Source of the DNA: Kondoa subrosea
Taxonomy: Eukaryota
NCBI GenBank assembly: GCA_039545335.1
Contig: BCIN01000007.1
Span: forward strand, 1,170,530 to 1,234,529
Length of the DNA stretch: 64,000 nucleotides
Direction: 5' to 3'
The translations under genes were made by a program, and so were the position numbers. How positions within the stretch are numbered: the stretch's first letter is position 1; each line of letters begins with the position of its first letter. The notes below the pieces were generated by a model, which made no database searches, was not told the DNA's origin, and worked only from the letters and a program-made list of their open reading frames with translations. Shown here piece by piece: positions 1 through 14,366 of the stretch.

Positions 1-132
1 TAATGATAAAGGACAAGGCAAATTAATGTTGGAAATTAAGCGGCGAGGAGAGCACTGTGCAAATGTTTGGGTATAGCTAAATGAGATTGTACAATGCTAG
101 ATAACAGAACTGAAGCAGAAAATGCCCATCAA

Positions 133-1809
133 TCACCCATTTCCCGGTGCGGTAAGAATCCAATCCTCATACATCACGGCGTCTCCCACTGTTGGCTTGA
201 AAGTCAATACAGATGCCTGAGGGGCGCGTAAGTGAGATCAATACAGTTCACGCTAAAGGACGGACATATTCTCTTATGGCTCTTCGCCAATAGCACGCTA
301 TTGCTGCTGGCGAGAGATATCTGCAACATAGCGCTCAGCGAAGCACAGTATGCGCTGTACAGCAACTCACTGCCTTGCAAACAAGCGATGCACATTGTTC
401 GCTATTAGTTGCGCTCGAGCATCGTTCGTCCTCTGTTCAACCCGTCAGATAATCTGAAAATCCATAGTAAGATCAACTCACAAAGTATTGCATCTTCTCC
501 TCTAGACCTGACCATCCAGGTCCTTTCACATATACAATATTCTGGTTTGGTGATTCATCATCGTGATTCAAAAGATGATGAAAATGCTGCCACCATCTTC
601 GCTCATGTGAGATGACTACGGATCGACAGTTCAGTAGATACTTCAGTCGACTATTTGCAGTATCAGCATACCGTCTGCCAAACAAGCGATCGACTTACCC
701 GCTATACGAATTCCCTTCCGTGCCAGCAAGGAAGCGGTTCTTGCAGTGATCGGGAAGTGAGACTATCGAGTAGTTGCTTTCGCCCCCTGAATGCATCTGT
801 TATCAGATCTTACTCCTAGAACAGGCCCAAATTATTGCTTACACCAATCGATCTCGCCCATATTAGCCCAAGGCTGATCTTGATATGTGAGCAGCTCTTT
901 CCTGCTGTCTGTCATAGCTACTCCTCGCCAGAACTGGAAGTTGCATTCAAAAGCTGACTGAGCTACCCGAGAAGCCAATACATACGAGCTTTGGCGATTT
1001 GTGAGCCCAGGATATCTCTTGATTCACCTGTTGCGCTTTCTGCCTGAAAGAAGACCAAGGTCCTGATCTCGCTTCCGGCCAATTCCACATGCCGAAGTCT
1101 ATCGTCTAGTATGAGATCACTTTATTCATATATGTGCGCAACTGAAATTGAATGACCTGCTAAGAGCCAAGTTTTCTCGTTCTCTTCTTCGGTGGATGTA
1201 AGTTGCCATCTCGCCGGTAATATAGGACCAGTATCATCTACACCCATAGAGAAATCGACGTCTGGCAGTGGTTCAGGAGAAGTAACAATCTGTTCTTTGA
1301 CAGCTCAAACGGTGTCTCGGAATCTTGGGAAGATTCGACTAGCTTACAGCAGAATAGAGGAGTTGTATCACTGCCATAGCTCTAGACTGATAACCAGGTC
1401 TATATTTCGCAATGTGTAATTTCCCGTTCGACAAGATGAATCGAGCGTTTGGGTTATCTGCTGCTTCTTCTGCATCTTGAAAGCTCACACCACCTTTCTT
1501 CCGATGATATGCAGAGATCCGTAGTAGAGTATCATAGTTTCTAGGGAAAGCAGCTTGGCATTGACTTTCAGTCATGTTCAACCTGTTGAGTGTCGCATCA
1601 TCCAGTACGATTGCGGCCCCATTTTCTTGCTCTATGTGTACATTGTATCTCGGATCTGTTCTGCCACGAACTGGGGACCAATTGCCAACCAGGAGGAAGA
1701 CCAGAGATATGGCTGCCAATGCACCGATTGCATAGGTTCGCGTTGCATTGCGCTTGAAAGGTATCCTGTCACTCAGTCCTGACTCGAGCTGTTGATATGA
1801 GATGGCCAT
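133..1809 (-). CDS. Glycosyltransferase family 90 (CAP10/Rumi-like), type II membrane protein, multi-exon
   Basis: N-terminal TM (YAIGALAAISLVFLLVG). Spliced motifs CQAAFP, PLPDVDF, PDFGMWNWP, FWRG, EGNSYSGRLKYLLNCRSVVISH and YLSPAAIACYWRRAIREY are typical of GT90. Stop TGA at 133-135. Confidence 0.85.
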
Positions 1810-2144
1810 TCAGGGTATCATGCATCCGGCTCGGTTCGCTGCCAAGACCAACAGTCAAAAAAAAGATCTCGAGACAATACGACGGACGAGAGTGCATCTA
1901 TACTGTTACAGATCACCAGGCATTGCAGAGTGACGCTCATCGAACAGAAGAGCGATTCGGCAAGCTTCCTACATTCTCGCTCGTCAGAAAGGAACATCAT
2001 TTGATCCTGCCAGCATGTCAGCAATGTGCTTCTGGCCTATCGTCGCATCTTGAGCCCCGAAGCAGGCAGCTCACCTTACCTTGACTGAATCTGCTGTCGT
2101 TTCCCCAAACTATCATACATACCTTATATAATCGTCTCTCCGCA

Positions 2145-4207
2145 ATGGCACTTGATCTACAAGCGTATCAAATCGCAATAGCGGCAGTCTTAGTTCTCAG
2201 TTCTATCTTGTTCCGCTATCTTACTCGTAAACCATCGAATCTGCCAATCGAGATTCCAGGAGCGTCTTTTTTCAGCGGTCATAGATCCTTGCTTGCCAAA
2301 CGAAAAAAGGTTTGGCTCACATTCGAACAATGGGCTAAGGAATATGGACCTATTTACACAATCTGGACTTCTTCCAAACCTACTATTGTCATTTCTTCTG
2401 CAAGAATAGCAACGGATTTGCTTGATAAACGAAGTGCCATTTATTCTTCTCGACCAAGATTCGTAGTTGTTGGCGAATTGAGTGAGTCAATCATCTTGTT
2501 CGTCGTACAGCGAATTGAGAGCTGAGATGACCATAGTGACCGGTGGCGACGCGATACTCTTTCAACCTTATGGACCTCGATGGAGAAATCAAAGAAAACA
2601 TTATCACTCGGTGTTGATGAACAAGGCAGCGGAAGATTACCTGCCAGTGCAAGAGCTTGAAGCGAAACGATTAGCGTGCGATCTGCTCCAGAGTCCAGAG
2701 AATTTCGAGAAGCATATCGAGCGCTTTGCAGCAAGGTTAGTTCTCACAAGCTCAATACGACCAACCGCTAACGAAAAGAGCAGCATTGTTACTATTGTCT
2801 CGTATGGAAGAAGAGTTGATTCATTCGACGAGGGTTTCGTGAGAAGCGTCATTGAGCGAATGCAAGCCGTTGGACTAGTCAATTTACCCGGGAAGCAGAT
2901 TCTCGACAGTTGGCCAATTCTTCAGAGTTTGCCTGAGTTCTTAACGCCTTACAAGAAGGTACGACATTGAATTCAGTCAGTGAATATCGCTAATCTCTGT
3001 TGCAGACCTGGCGGAAAGCGCGCGAAGAAGGTCAGAACTTTTGGTACAGCTTGTCAGACGAAGTGAAGAAACGTATGGCCAATGGAACTGCTCAGAATAG
3101 CTTCACAAAGCGTTTGCTCGAAATGGATGACCACGGTCTGACGAGAGGAGAATTTGCTTTGCTGACGGGGTAGGCCACTGCCAATAGAAGATGCCAATAG
3201 CTAAATTATAACGTACAGAGGAATCTTTGGAGCTGGAGTCGAAACGACAGCCGGTACCACTTTGGCCTTTATGCTGGCTATGACTTGTTTTCCCGAAGTA
3301 CAAGCAAAAGCTCAGCAAGAACTGGATAGAGTGGTTGGACAGCGCTCGCCTACATTTGACGACGAGCCAAATGTACGCTATTCTGTTGTCCAGAGGCCAC
3401 TCGATGACTGTTGATCTCGTGCAGCTGCCATACTGTCGAGCAATTGTCAAAGAAACGCTAAGATGGCGACCAGGTAAGTCTGTGCTGGCGGCTCTGGCTG
3501 GGCTTGAGCAAATTTTCTCTGTTAGTGGCTGTGCTTGGCGGACAACCTCATGCTACTCTGGAGGATGATGTCTATGAAGGTTACTTTATTCCGAAAGGCT
3601 CTTCCATACTCGTCAATCTATGGTCGGTCAATCGAGATCCCGAGTATTTTCCAGAACCCGATCGCTTCAATCCAGAGTAAGTTATTTAAAGTGTTTACAT
3701 GAATTAGTAATCATCGTTATCAAGCCGCTACCTGGATTCGCAAGCACCTCAATACCCTCAGAAGATAGGTCACTCAGGCTTTGGATTTGGCAGAAGGTCC
3801 GTCGCTGATCTGATCTTCCGGCCATGCTGATAGATGCGAGTAGAATTTGTCCGGGTATGCAAATTCGCTCAAGACACCTGCTCGCTGACCACTCATTCAG
3901 GAATGCATGTTGCTGAACACACGGTTTTCATAGCAATAGTGACGATATTGGCAAATTTCAAGATCTCCAAAGCAAAAGATCCTGCAACAGGTCTTGAGAT
4001 AACTCCAGATAGTCAGCCTGATTCTTGCCTCTCGCTATTCCGCGCATTCTGATGGAGATATGTCCAGTCTTTGCCTTTACAGATGGCTTCAATTCGAGAG
4101 CGGAACCTTTTCCGTGTCAGATCGCTCCTAGAAGCAATCAACACGCCGAGCGAATGCGCACGGAACGAGTCGATGCTTTGGAGCAGCTCCAAGTTTACGA
4201 TCCGTAA
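2145..4207 (+). CDS. Cytochrome P450 monooxygenase, ~9 introns
   Basis: N-terminal anchor, DLLDKRSAIYSSRPR, I-helix AGVETT, K-helix ETLRWRP, PDRFNPDRY, and heme motif FGFGRRICPG assembled across GT-AG introns. Confidence 0.95.
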
Positions 4208-4411
4208 TTCGTCCCGAAGCGAGACACATTGTACGGAAACTCGCCTTTTTAACTTGTATGCATTTGAATATCTTAACCCTTTATAACATTACAATTGTTT
4301 TTGTGTTTCTTCGATGGTGAAAATCTCTTACAAGTGCTAATACACGTGCCAATAATACATCTACCCTCGAAAAGATATACTCGCTATACACAGAACTGAA
4401 TAAATAAAATA

Positions 4412-7400
4412 TTACGCGCGCGATTTTCCTTTGCGCTTAGAAGTAACTGATGCGGGCGAAGGCTTGACAGCTTTACTCTGCTTCACTTCCTGTGCATCTC
4501 CACTGGCCTTGGAAGCCTCTTTCTGCTTGATAGGCGAAGCTGTTTGCGGTTTAGGTGAAGCGAAAACATCTTGAAGTGGTTCGAGCGAAAACTCTTGCGT
4601 ATCCAGGACGAAAGGCTCCACCATCTGATCATCTGGAGCTTGATTGGCCACAACAGGAGATGCGATCGGAGAAAGATTCCAACCATCTTCTTCCTCCGGA
4701 GAAGTTCCCGAACAGCTATCCAGTGAGGGTATATCATCTTCAGCTGGAATAATTGTTTCTTCTTCGAAAGAGATTGATGGTACATCCCGACGATAATTTG
4801 CAGCGACACGACCTATCTCATTCTTGACTTGGCCGAAAGATCTGTTCATCAAGTTGATCGGGACGCTAGTAGAAATGGACTTGATAGGTAAAGGCCAGCG
4901 GCTATTGCCTTGCTTGGCTGAAGAACCTTGAGACCAAGAAGGGGAACAAGGTGACGTTCCAGCTGAAGAGACGTCGAGAGAAGAGCTAAGAGCTTGTCTG
5001 ATATGATTGGCCGGAGGAGAAGCTGCGCTGAGCTCGATGCCCTTACGTACTATGAATGGTCGATCTGGAGGCGCGAGATCACCAACTTGAAAGCCGGCGA
5101 ACGAAGCTGGATAGGTAGTAAACGAGAACTGAGAGCTAAGATAGATCGATCGAGGTGTGGTGAATTGATTAAATGTTTGAATCTCAGCTTGAGCGGTAGA
5201 TCTATGCAAATAATCGTATGAGCCAACAGGTCGGAGATTTGGCACTTCTTTACCTAAGTGATGTCTGAGGTGCTGCGTTCGCCTCAACAGACAATTGTTG
5301 CTTGTATTCCTTCGCATCTACCGGGCACCCAATATACCAAAAGCATTTCCGCACAAGCATGATTCGACCGTCCTCTTTCCCTGTCGGACCAGTTTGGCCA
5401 TGTTGCCTCAACATCCTAGTAATCCCGCTGACCACTTCTGTTGACAAAGTCGAAGAGGTCTTCGGATCCGAACTTGAGTGTTGGAGATTAGTCAAGACCA
5501 GTCTTGCGGAAGAAGGATAGTAGACAAGAACTTCTTTACTAATTGCATCTACGGTAGGTCCGAACGATAAGAGGGTCGGCAGGACAGAGTCATTGAAACC
5601 AGAAGGTTTTCTGATTCGAAGTAATGCGTTGAGCGAAACGGAAAGTGGAGCCAAAGTCTTTTGATTGCTTAGTTTCGCTTGTAAGAGACTACTAGCTGGA
5701 ACTGAGCCGCCATCGGGATTCAGGCCATAGATATGAGCTGTCCCTTGTTCTGTACTGATGCTGACGAGACGTCCATCTGGAGACCAATCGACAGCATTGA
5801 CTTTTGCTGGAGTTAACCCTCGATTCAGTCGATATCTATGCCAAACTTTCCCAACTTTGGGAGTGAGTTGCTTTAGTCCATGTTTATTGATAAATAATAT
5901 TGGTTCAGCGTGAGGTTGGGGTCGGAGATCAAAGATGTGGAAGGAGTGCGCTTCTGTCGAAGCTGTGAGAATCTGATCGCCTGCTGGATTGAAAGAGATA
6001 GCGTTTATCGGATTCTGAGAAGGTCGGAAATGGGCCAATACCGCAGGTTTCTGAGTCTTTGGATCGAGCTGGCCTAAATCCACAACGAGGACACAACCTT
6101 GAGAATCGGGTTTCACAGTCTTGGTGAAAGAGGTGCCGTTCTCAGACGTAGTTCTAGATCCTGGTAGCTTGATCAGCGAAGAGAGAGCTGAGGTAGCTGG
6201 AGCGGATCTGGAATAGCTTGATGTCGGCTGTGCTGAAGATGACGACCAATAGTTGTATCCATAAGTCCCTATAGCTTTAGCGCCAGAAATAACGCTTTCC
6301 CCAACTTTGCGAGCTATTTCAGTTGATTGCACGGGTTGAGATTTTGGGGATTCAGGATCTGCATCACTGATCCACCCATGAGCTGCGATAATCCCAGTGT
6401 CATTTAATGAAGGAAGAGGTATATTTGTTGCAAAGGCGAGCATTCGCGTCGAGCCCAGACAGAAGACAGGGTGGTTTTGACTAGGGAGATCCATTATAGG
6501 TGAGAAATTGCAAGGTCGGAAGTTTGTATTGTCCAGTACATGGAGGGCCGAATCACAGCTGACGACGATGAAGCGTTGGCTGCAGGAGAGCGATCGCGGC
6601 CAACCGGTGAATGACAGCTTGTGTACGAAGGTTTGCGAAGACAGTGAGTAGAAGTTTATGGTTGCCTGGCCACGAAGCGACAGCCTAAGAGCTGAATAAG
6701 TACACATCCCGATTCTCATCAGAGAGCTCACAAGACAGCTAGCATAGGGGCCTTCTTCCAGACGGCATCACTTGTCTTTCGAGGTGTGACTAAAATGCGT
6801 GCGCAAACAACCTCGCCCATTGAAGCTGGTACTCGCACATTGAGTATCTCTTGTACACGATCCAAGTTGCTGTGGTCCCATAGCTGAACTCGAGCGGAAT
6901 AAACGTTGATCAGGATCCGCCTGCACTGGACCTTTAGTCATCGAATACAGGAGCAAGCCTTTAACCAACCGTCCATCGTGTGAGTTAGACCAAGCTGACC
7001 ATACTGTACTATCGCTAGCACTTGATTTCCCATTCGGCGCGACCTTCTCTTCCACAGGCCAATCATCATCGGACTCAAACACGTTCTCTTCTATTGCATC
7101 CTCCTTGCCAGCTTGCACTTGAGATCGGGCTATCAAGCCTATCCCTGCTGATAACCTGCGAGCTTTCTGTAATAGCACGTTCCCTTGTCATTGATTGTTA
7201 TTCTCCTGTGGACCAAGCGGAGGCTCACCTTCGTCAAGGCGGAGGCAGCGGCCGTATATTGGACAACAGTATCGAGAGCGCTTGTATGCCTATCGAAGCA
7301 AGAAACGGAAGTCAACAATCGATAACAGGCTCATTAAGGCAATCTTCTCGCGACAAAGATAACGGCACCGAAAGCGCAGTTCCAAGCGAGGCATAGAGTA

Positions 7401-7521
7401 TGTGAGGAGAGTAGACTGGAACCGAGCCTCACCTGATATCCTGTGACCGCGCAATGCGAGGTAATTCTGACTCAACCGGTCCGCTTGATGAAGTGTTCGC
7501 GTTGTTTGAGCCATGGTGCAT
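4412..7521 (-). CDS. BCAS3-like WD40/PROPPIN-related protein
   Basis: Motifs AHFRPSQNPINAISFNPAGDQILTAS, YRLNRGLTPAKV, WSPDGRLVSISTEQGTAHIY and AQAEIQT match the BCAS3 family. ORFs join through GT-AG introns. Start ATG 7521 is tentative. Confidence 0.75.
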
Positions 7522-7673
7522 ATAAGTTGAGAGTAGGTGTAGCCTGTGTAGACGCTGCGAGGACTTAGATAGGTCCTGTAATAGAGTGCCTCGTCGAGCA
7601 GGACGGAGAGCAGAGAAGAGGTGGTCGGACAGCCGCTTACGTAAGTTCCCCTTTGTTGTGCTCAAACTACCGA

Positions 7674-10406
7674 ATGGATCAAGATGCTACCAGTCCTGTC
7701 GAGCTGCCTCCGCCGAACAAGTTGCAAGCACCAGAGACTGTTCCTGCAACGAGCGAGTCATTCGAGCACTGCTGAAGGTCGAAGCTCATCTTCTTTCGCA
7801 CAGTCTCATACAAAGGCCGCTCTGTCAAAGCAAGAATCGACTCTGATGTTCCTGTAGCTGAAATAGTGAAGCAACTGGTCTCAAGCGCTCAATTGGGCAT
7901 AGAAGCGAAACCTTCTGAAGCAAATCTCTTTGTCTTGCGAGATGGAGCTACGCATGAGCTGGTCACGGCTGAAAATCTGCATCGGAAGCTGCGACAAGGT
8001 GTTACTTTCCTCTTAACTTTAGCTCCAGTGATAGTAGGCATACGACTGATTCCCCTTGCACTGCCATATTGATGCTTCGATGTAGGAAGCAGCCGAGATG
8101 GTGGAAAGATTAGCTTCTCGGGATGACCGTGTAATCAAGCTCGCAACTTTCGAACTCAAGCGACTCATAACGGATTCAATCTTCAAGAGCGAATTCATCA
8201 GTCGAGGCGGACTAGTCGAGTTGACTGGTGTGATGGAAAGTGCTACTGGTAATACTCTGGCTTACGGTCTTGAAGCTATGGCTCTGTTGATGGAATGCTC
8301 TGATTCTGGTTATGATGGTCTGGACGTCATGTTCATCAGCAGGGTGCGCTACTTGTCATTCGTTCGACTGTCTGCTAACCAGATACAAGATCGTCGATAT
8401 CTTCGTTACTCAACCACTAGTTAACATTAACAGACCGGCAATCCAAATACTTACTCGCCTAGTCCTGTCCGATCCCCATTTTGCGCCTATATCAGCTCAA
8501 AAGCAGAAAGCGCAGTACTCCGTCTGGATGTATGGACTACCTGTACTCTGGCCTCTAATACGAAACGAGATAAGGTTCTTTCCTTCTTTGCGCGAACGGA
8601 TTTCAGCTGGCGACCAATCCCTTATACAAGCTGCGTTGCAACTTACGAATGCCTTGATGCGATGTGCGGTAGAAATGAATCATTTCCCTGTTTTGGAAGC
8701 TTTGGAAACGAATGAAATTATCAAAGCTGTAGTTGTGAGTAAACTTCCCTGCCTTTTCGATCCAGCTTATTCGCCTGTAGCATCTTTCCGAAGGCGAATT
8801 GTCAGATCGACTGATGCCTCTGGTCTTGCAATATCAATCTAATACGGCTGCGACGATTGCTCTTTACATGCGAACTCAGCCAGATTTCGGTATACCTTAT
8901 CATCGAGAACGACTAGATGCTGTACTCTCTGCAGCTAGTCTTCTTGCCAACGATGGATCTTGGCAAGCTGATAAGATCGAAATGCTTGGTCTATCCGGTC
9001 AAGACCCCGAAAACAGCTTCAGGGAAACTGGGCTTTACGGCTTGGCTATGATGCAAAGCTATGCTAAATTGAATAAGGGCACTTTTGCGAAGGTCGGTCA
9101 GGACAAACCATTAAACAATGTTCGACTGACTTTTTCAGTGACAGACTTTACTCGATCAGCAAAATCGACCAATAGACCGTCGTTGTCACTTCGCAGCAGC
9201 ATCAAACTCCGTCGCTCTCATCTTGGCACAAGTTTACAACTTCACTTCGCCGGAAGAAACAAGCAATGAGCTCTTGCCTTTTGCTTTGTCTTATCCTCAA
9301 CTGCATTCTTTGGGCGTGAAGCTCTTTTATCGTCTTTGGGCAGAAAGCAATGCTGTTTCTGCTGATTTTGATCGAATCTCGGGCTTGGTAACGAATCAAG
9401 TTCAGGCTTCTTTGCGGGATGCAAACAGCAAGACTTTGTATGATCTTGAAAGGTTGGTTTTGCTTAGCGTCTTTCTTTTTCGGTGCGGTGCTCATGTTTC
9501 AAATAGAGAGTTCCAGAATGCCGAATACAGGCATATTAGGGACCGACAGATGCAAGAGATTGCGCTAGAAGATGATTTGCTGAATAAAGGACCGGTCAGG
9601 TGAGTCTGATTTATACTACAAAACACCATTGATGCATATTGACTATCTTCTAGGAGCTTACGCGCACGGCTCTACAAAGAATCTTTCGAGTTCATCAGAC
9701 AGCAGCGCAAGAATTGCTTGCAAAATGGTGCTTGGTTCCTTGCTTCGCCTATAAAAGACCAGCGGCGGCATATGCCCTCAGCTCAGAAAGTTTGGCGCTT
9801 CTATCGTCTTGCCGGCAACCCGAAATAGTGCGTCGGGTTTTGTCTAGCACTGTTTCGTGCTGATGAAAATGAAGTTTGCATTATATTGAAGCCTCTGAGC
9901 CTCATAATGTCAGATCAGGAGTAGAAGATCTGCCATACCGAAGTTAGTCTAGCTTGCGCTCTGTTCCATCAGAGCTGAATCCTATCTTGCCGTTAGTCGA
10001 TCTGTCCCTGGTGACTGAAATCGTTCCCAACTCTGCGGATTCAGCAAACAAGCGGCTTTCTACGGCACCCAATGGTAGAAGGGGATCAACTACTCAATCT
10101 ATGCCGCAATCTTCATCTGCTCTGCCTTTTTCTTTCCGTTTGCAAAGTGCCGATGGTCTTCTAGCCGACTTCTTCACAAGCGATGTTAATCTCTATGCTG
10201 AGTTTATTGATGGCATCTCATTACTCCGACCCGATGGCTATATCTTTACTAAACAGACCGGCGATCTAGTACAGACTCTGACCGACATTGGAATAAAAGT
10301 TAAATTGCTCGATCTGTCTGGCGACAGGGTGGAAATACCTCAAGATGTGCCGCCTGTCACTCGAGTTCCGCCCAGTACTTTTTACTACGCTGACGTAGCA
10401 GGGTAG
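7674..10406 (+). CDS. ELMO/CED-12 family protein (ARM, ELMO and PH domains)
   Basis: EFISRGGL, GNTLAYGL, QPLVNINRPA, FRETGLYGL, LWAESNAVSADF, IRQQRKNCLQNGAWF, KVKLLDL. First intron is GC-AG at 7753. Confidence 0.9.
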
Positions 10407-10508
10407 TACCCAAGTAGCATTACATATCTATTAAATGCATTGATATACCGATTCTTACAGACTTGCACGAAAAATACCACAATACACCTGCGAGGCTAGC
10501 TTTACTTT

Positions 10509-11719
10509 TTACTTTGCTGCCGCCGCATTAGTCACAGGCTGCTATTGGGATTCTCTACATGAGCTCAATTCCTTGGCAAAATCATCCGACAAACATACAG
10601 CTACTGAAAGGGGTAGACCGTTCCCTTTGCTGATCTTTTGCTGACAGCATTGCAAGATCTATACATCGTCCGATATTAGTTAGGCTTTGATGGTTGAAGA
10701 CCGACACTGCGAGCGACATCCGGCAAGTACTTCACAGGCGGTATGAACTCTTCATCGCATTCTCTGTTGACCACTTCTACGCGTCCTTGATGAAGGAGGC
10801 GCTTCCCCTCAATAAAAGAATGATCTGTATTCCGCCCCTGGAGGTCATTGATGTAATTTGTGTGATCGGTTTGCAACCTCTGCATCTTCAGCTTCTTCTC
10901 GCGTGCCGGAACGTACATTGCGCTTTCGTCAGAATTCAGAAATCGTCCGAATAGCTGCGTCCGCACTCACAGCCAAACAATTTCGACGAATGCTCTTGGA
11001 TAGTCTTCATCCGACAAGCTGGCAAATGGCGGCTTTCCCTTGAGGTGGCCGATCCAGTGCAGAGGATATCTCTCTGGGCTGAAATAATTCAAGGTCCAAA
11101 GTAGATTTGGCCCTTGTAATAAGCGCTCCCTTGTTGGCAAATATTTTTTTAGTGCTTTCTCTTGCGCCTTGCCATCCAGATGAGGTGCCTTATGAAGTGC
11201 CTTAATCCTCTCCTCTTCAGCTTTCCTCACCACTGTCGCCTGTTCCAGAGCGTGAGCAGCCTCCATATACAGCCACTGCGCCAATTTCGCATTTTCAGGA
11301 CTCGCTCGACCCAGTCGAGGATCTGTATTGCCTTGAAGGAACATTCTTGCAACGTGAGCCTTCTTCTCAGCCCAAATTTGGTCAAACTGGGCTATCAAAG
11401 GGGGAGAAGGCTTTGTTGAAGAGGGAAGACCGAGTACAGTCGAGATTTGCTTGTCGAGCTCAATTGGTACTCGTTGATCTGGAGCAATTATTCCCGCCGC
11501 AATGAGCACCATAGAGCTCGGGAGAGGGTTGATAGGCGGATTTTCGGCTTTTGGAACATCTTTCTTCTGCTTGGACAAGAATCGCTTCGGCAGGATATTC
11601 ATCAGCACCTTTATGATAGAAAGAGTAATATGTCCTTTGACTGATGAGAGAAGAGATAGCAAAAGAAGAGATAGCATAACAGAAGACGGCAAAACGCCAG
11701 AAGGACGACTTCGAAACAC
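10509..11719 (-). CDS. Hypothetical protein; start and 3' end uncertain
   Basis: 250-aa ORF splices (gtgagt...gacgaaag) in frame into the 10676-10966 ORF. No recognised domain. Confidence 0.55.
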
Positions 11720-11969
11720 AAAGGGAGATCATTTAGAGATGACAAGGGCGAGAAATTGCACCTAGAACAAGGAATGTGTATTAAAATTAGGTCTGACCGA
11801 CTCGTGCAGCAGTGTCCCTCCTTTGACGGAGGTAGAAAACAATACATTTCACGCATAACTACCGTATATTTGTCAGCAAGCGTACAGCAATCATTATGGC
11901 ACATACCTGCACTCAAATCTTAGCAAAAACCAATCAACCTTGCAACTAGTGCCAAAGCATTGCTCAAAG

Positions 11970-13929
11970 TCAACAATCCACCTTCTTCTCTTTCGCAGTT
12001 TCTATGAGTTGGACACTGTGCCGTTGCACCCGCACGAAGCTCTCCATAGGTGTGGTCTCTTCAAGATCGATGACGCGGTACTCGATAGGAAAAGCGTTGC
12101 TATCTTCTTTATCTGAATCTTCGCAATCAATTTCTCTCGCGACTTCGGTCTATAGCAAAGAAAGCATTGGTAGCTGAAGCGAATGAAAGACGCAAGTGAG
12201 CATACATGTACTTGAATACCCGCGATGCCTTGTCCTAGTATATGCGATTTTCGTAAAAGAGGTCGAGCAGCTCGCCATGCTAGCAGGCAATTGAGAGGAC
12301 AGCAGAGACATCCGAAGCTGGATCAATGACACTCTTTCAGTACAGCTATGTGCTTGAATCTGCTCAACGGCTCACAAATACTATTGCTAAAATCAGCCTT
12401 GAATTGATATTGGGTCTGCCAGACTCACGAAGCCACAAGTCACATTCGAGACAATCTTCTTTCCATCCGAGAACGATCTTCTATCCGAAGACATGGTAAA
12501 AGCCAAAGCGACTGTCGATCTACTTTCAGCTTCTGGCTGAAATCGGCCAGATTCAGCTTACTATAGACACAAGCGATGGCAAGGACAGCAAAAGATTGAA
12601 TGCGAAGCATCAGACTGATTGTCATCAGAAGAAAGCTAAGCTGAGGATGAAATAAACTCACTACGATCGTTTCAGAGGAGCAGCCCGGCGTTGATCAAAG
12701 CTTGCACTCTTGAGAAATTGTAGTTGTTTGCCCAGCATCTGATGGTACAGAATAGCAGAAGGCAAAAAGACCAATGCAGTTTGACAAAGTAGAATTATTG
12801 CAAATGCCCTTAGTGCGACCCTATTCATCAAAATGAGTAAGACTTAGTACATACATAGAATTCTTAATACTTACACTGCTCGATCCAGAAAGGTGACCGA
12901 GAACTTCTTCTCGAACTGATTGTAGTACAGCAAGAAAGCTTGCGAAAGCTGAAAATGTTCACCAGATTGCCAACTTTCGCTCGATTGTTCAAGGACTCGT
13001 CGAAGGCTCGTCATGGCTTTGCTTCCATCTATGTAGGCTTTAGCCATAGTACCAAAGAGCGATAATAAGCTATGATTGTTGTTAGCATCTGATCTGTGGT
13101 GCTTCAATGCTATGACACTGACAGAACAGCTTGCGCCAGATAGCCAAGCAAGAAGAAGGTGTTGATAGCCCATGCAGGTGGCAAATAGCGGCTCGACGGT
13201 GTTTGAACTGTTACACCAAACTGGCTCATTCGCTTTGGGTTATTGCTTGCACGTCGTTGACTGAATAGCAGAGCAGCGACGAAAGCTCCTTATGTTAGCG
13301 CTCAGATGTTGTCCATGGAAACAGAATCTCAGAGCTTACATGGGATTCACTCCAGACCACTGACAGACAGATCATCAGGCAAGCGACGGTTACCTATCTG
13401 AAGCACATACCCCAGACTATTGGCAGCCACATGATACCCATAAGAGTGACTTGTGCATCAGAGCTCTGCCTCAAATCAAAGATCTTGAGGTAGTGATAGC
13501 CAACAACGATCGAAACTAGCATCCCAATCAGAAGAAATTAGGTAATAATATATGATAAGATTCACAAGTGAAGAAGATAGAGCTAGCAAGTGTGAGTATG
13601 AGAGAGGTATTAGGCGTATATAGGGTTCCGGAATTGGTTGTTCTCTTGCGAAGCAGCCAAAGTCCTTTCGAGCATGCTTTGACGATAATGGTCGCCAGAG
13701 CAGCGATCAAACCAAGTCCAGCCAGTGCATAGTTCGCTTTGAGCAGTCGAATGAACGCCGCTGACACTTGGGGGCTGTCAAGATAAACTTAGGCCAGATC
13801 AACTAAAGACTTCCTGACTTACACTGTATATACTTCCAGCTGATTCAACGCGTATCTATATGGATCCTCCACATCGGGATCCAATTGAAGAAGGGATGCA
13901 ATGAAAGCGCTTGATTGATCCGACGACAT
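11970..13929 (-). CDS. Multi-pass membrane protein of unknown function, multi-exon
   Basis: Start MSSDQSSAFIASLLQLDP. Several hydrophobic exons (NYALAGLGLIAALATII, SLILTLASSIFFT, SFLLMTISLML) are separated by canonical short introns. Confidence 0.6.
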
Positions 13930-14366
13930 GATTGTGCTTGCGAAAGAGGGATCTAATAAAAGCAAGAAAGACCATATACATACAGGCTTGGCTTGGATGA
14001 TCTCGTCTAAAGCTTGATTCAAGCAACGGGGTAGAAAGCCACAGAACAGGCGGACAAGAGTTGCAAGAAGAGCTAGGAATACACGACAAGACGGAAAGAT
14101 GACCACCTCCCGAGGAAGTTATACGAAGGAGAAATACTGCAAAGGAGAGCTGGTACTGTACTAGCCATTGGCTGCGCAAGCGACACAGAGCATCATTTCG
14201 GGAGTTGCATCTCATTAGGCTGCTTCGGGCCAGGATGTTTCGCGTTTGCTCTGAATGATGTGCAGGCTACTCGTGCACAGCAATTGGATTATATAAGGCA
14301 GCAGATATCGCGGTCTTGGGACAAGCATAGATTTCTTGACGCGAGCGCTCTTCCCTCAACGAGCAA

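Noticed and set aside
7290..7432. Unusually long 143-nt intron as a possible snoRNA host or hidden microexon
   Set aside because: No C/D or H/ACA boxes recognised and no usable internal AG/GT pair.
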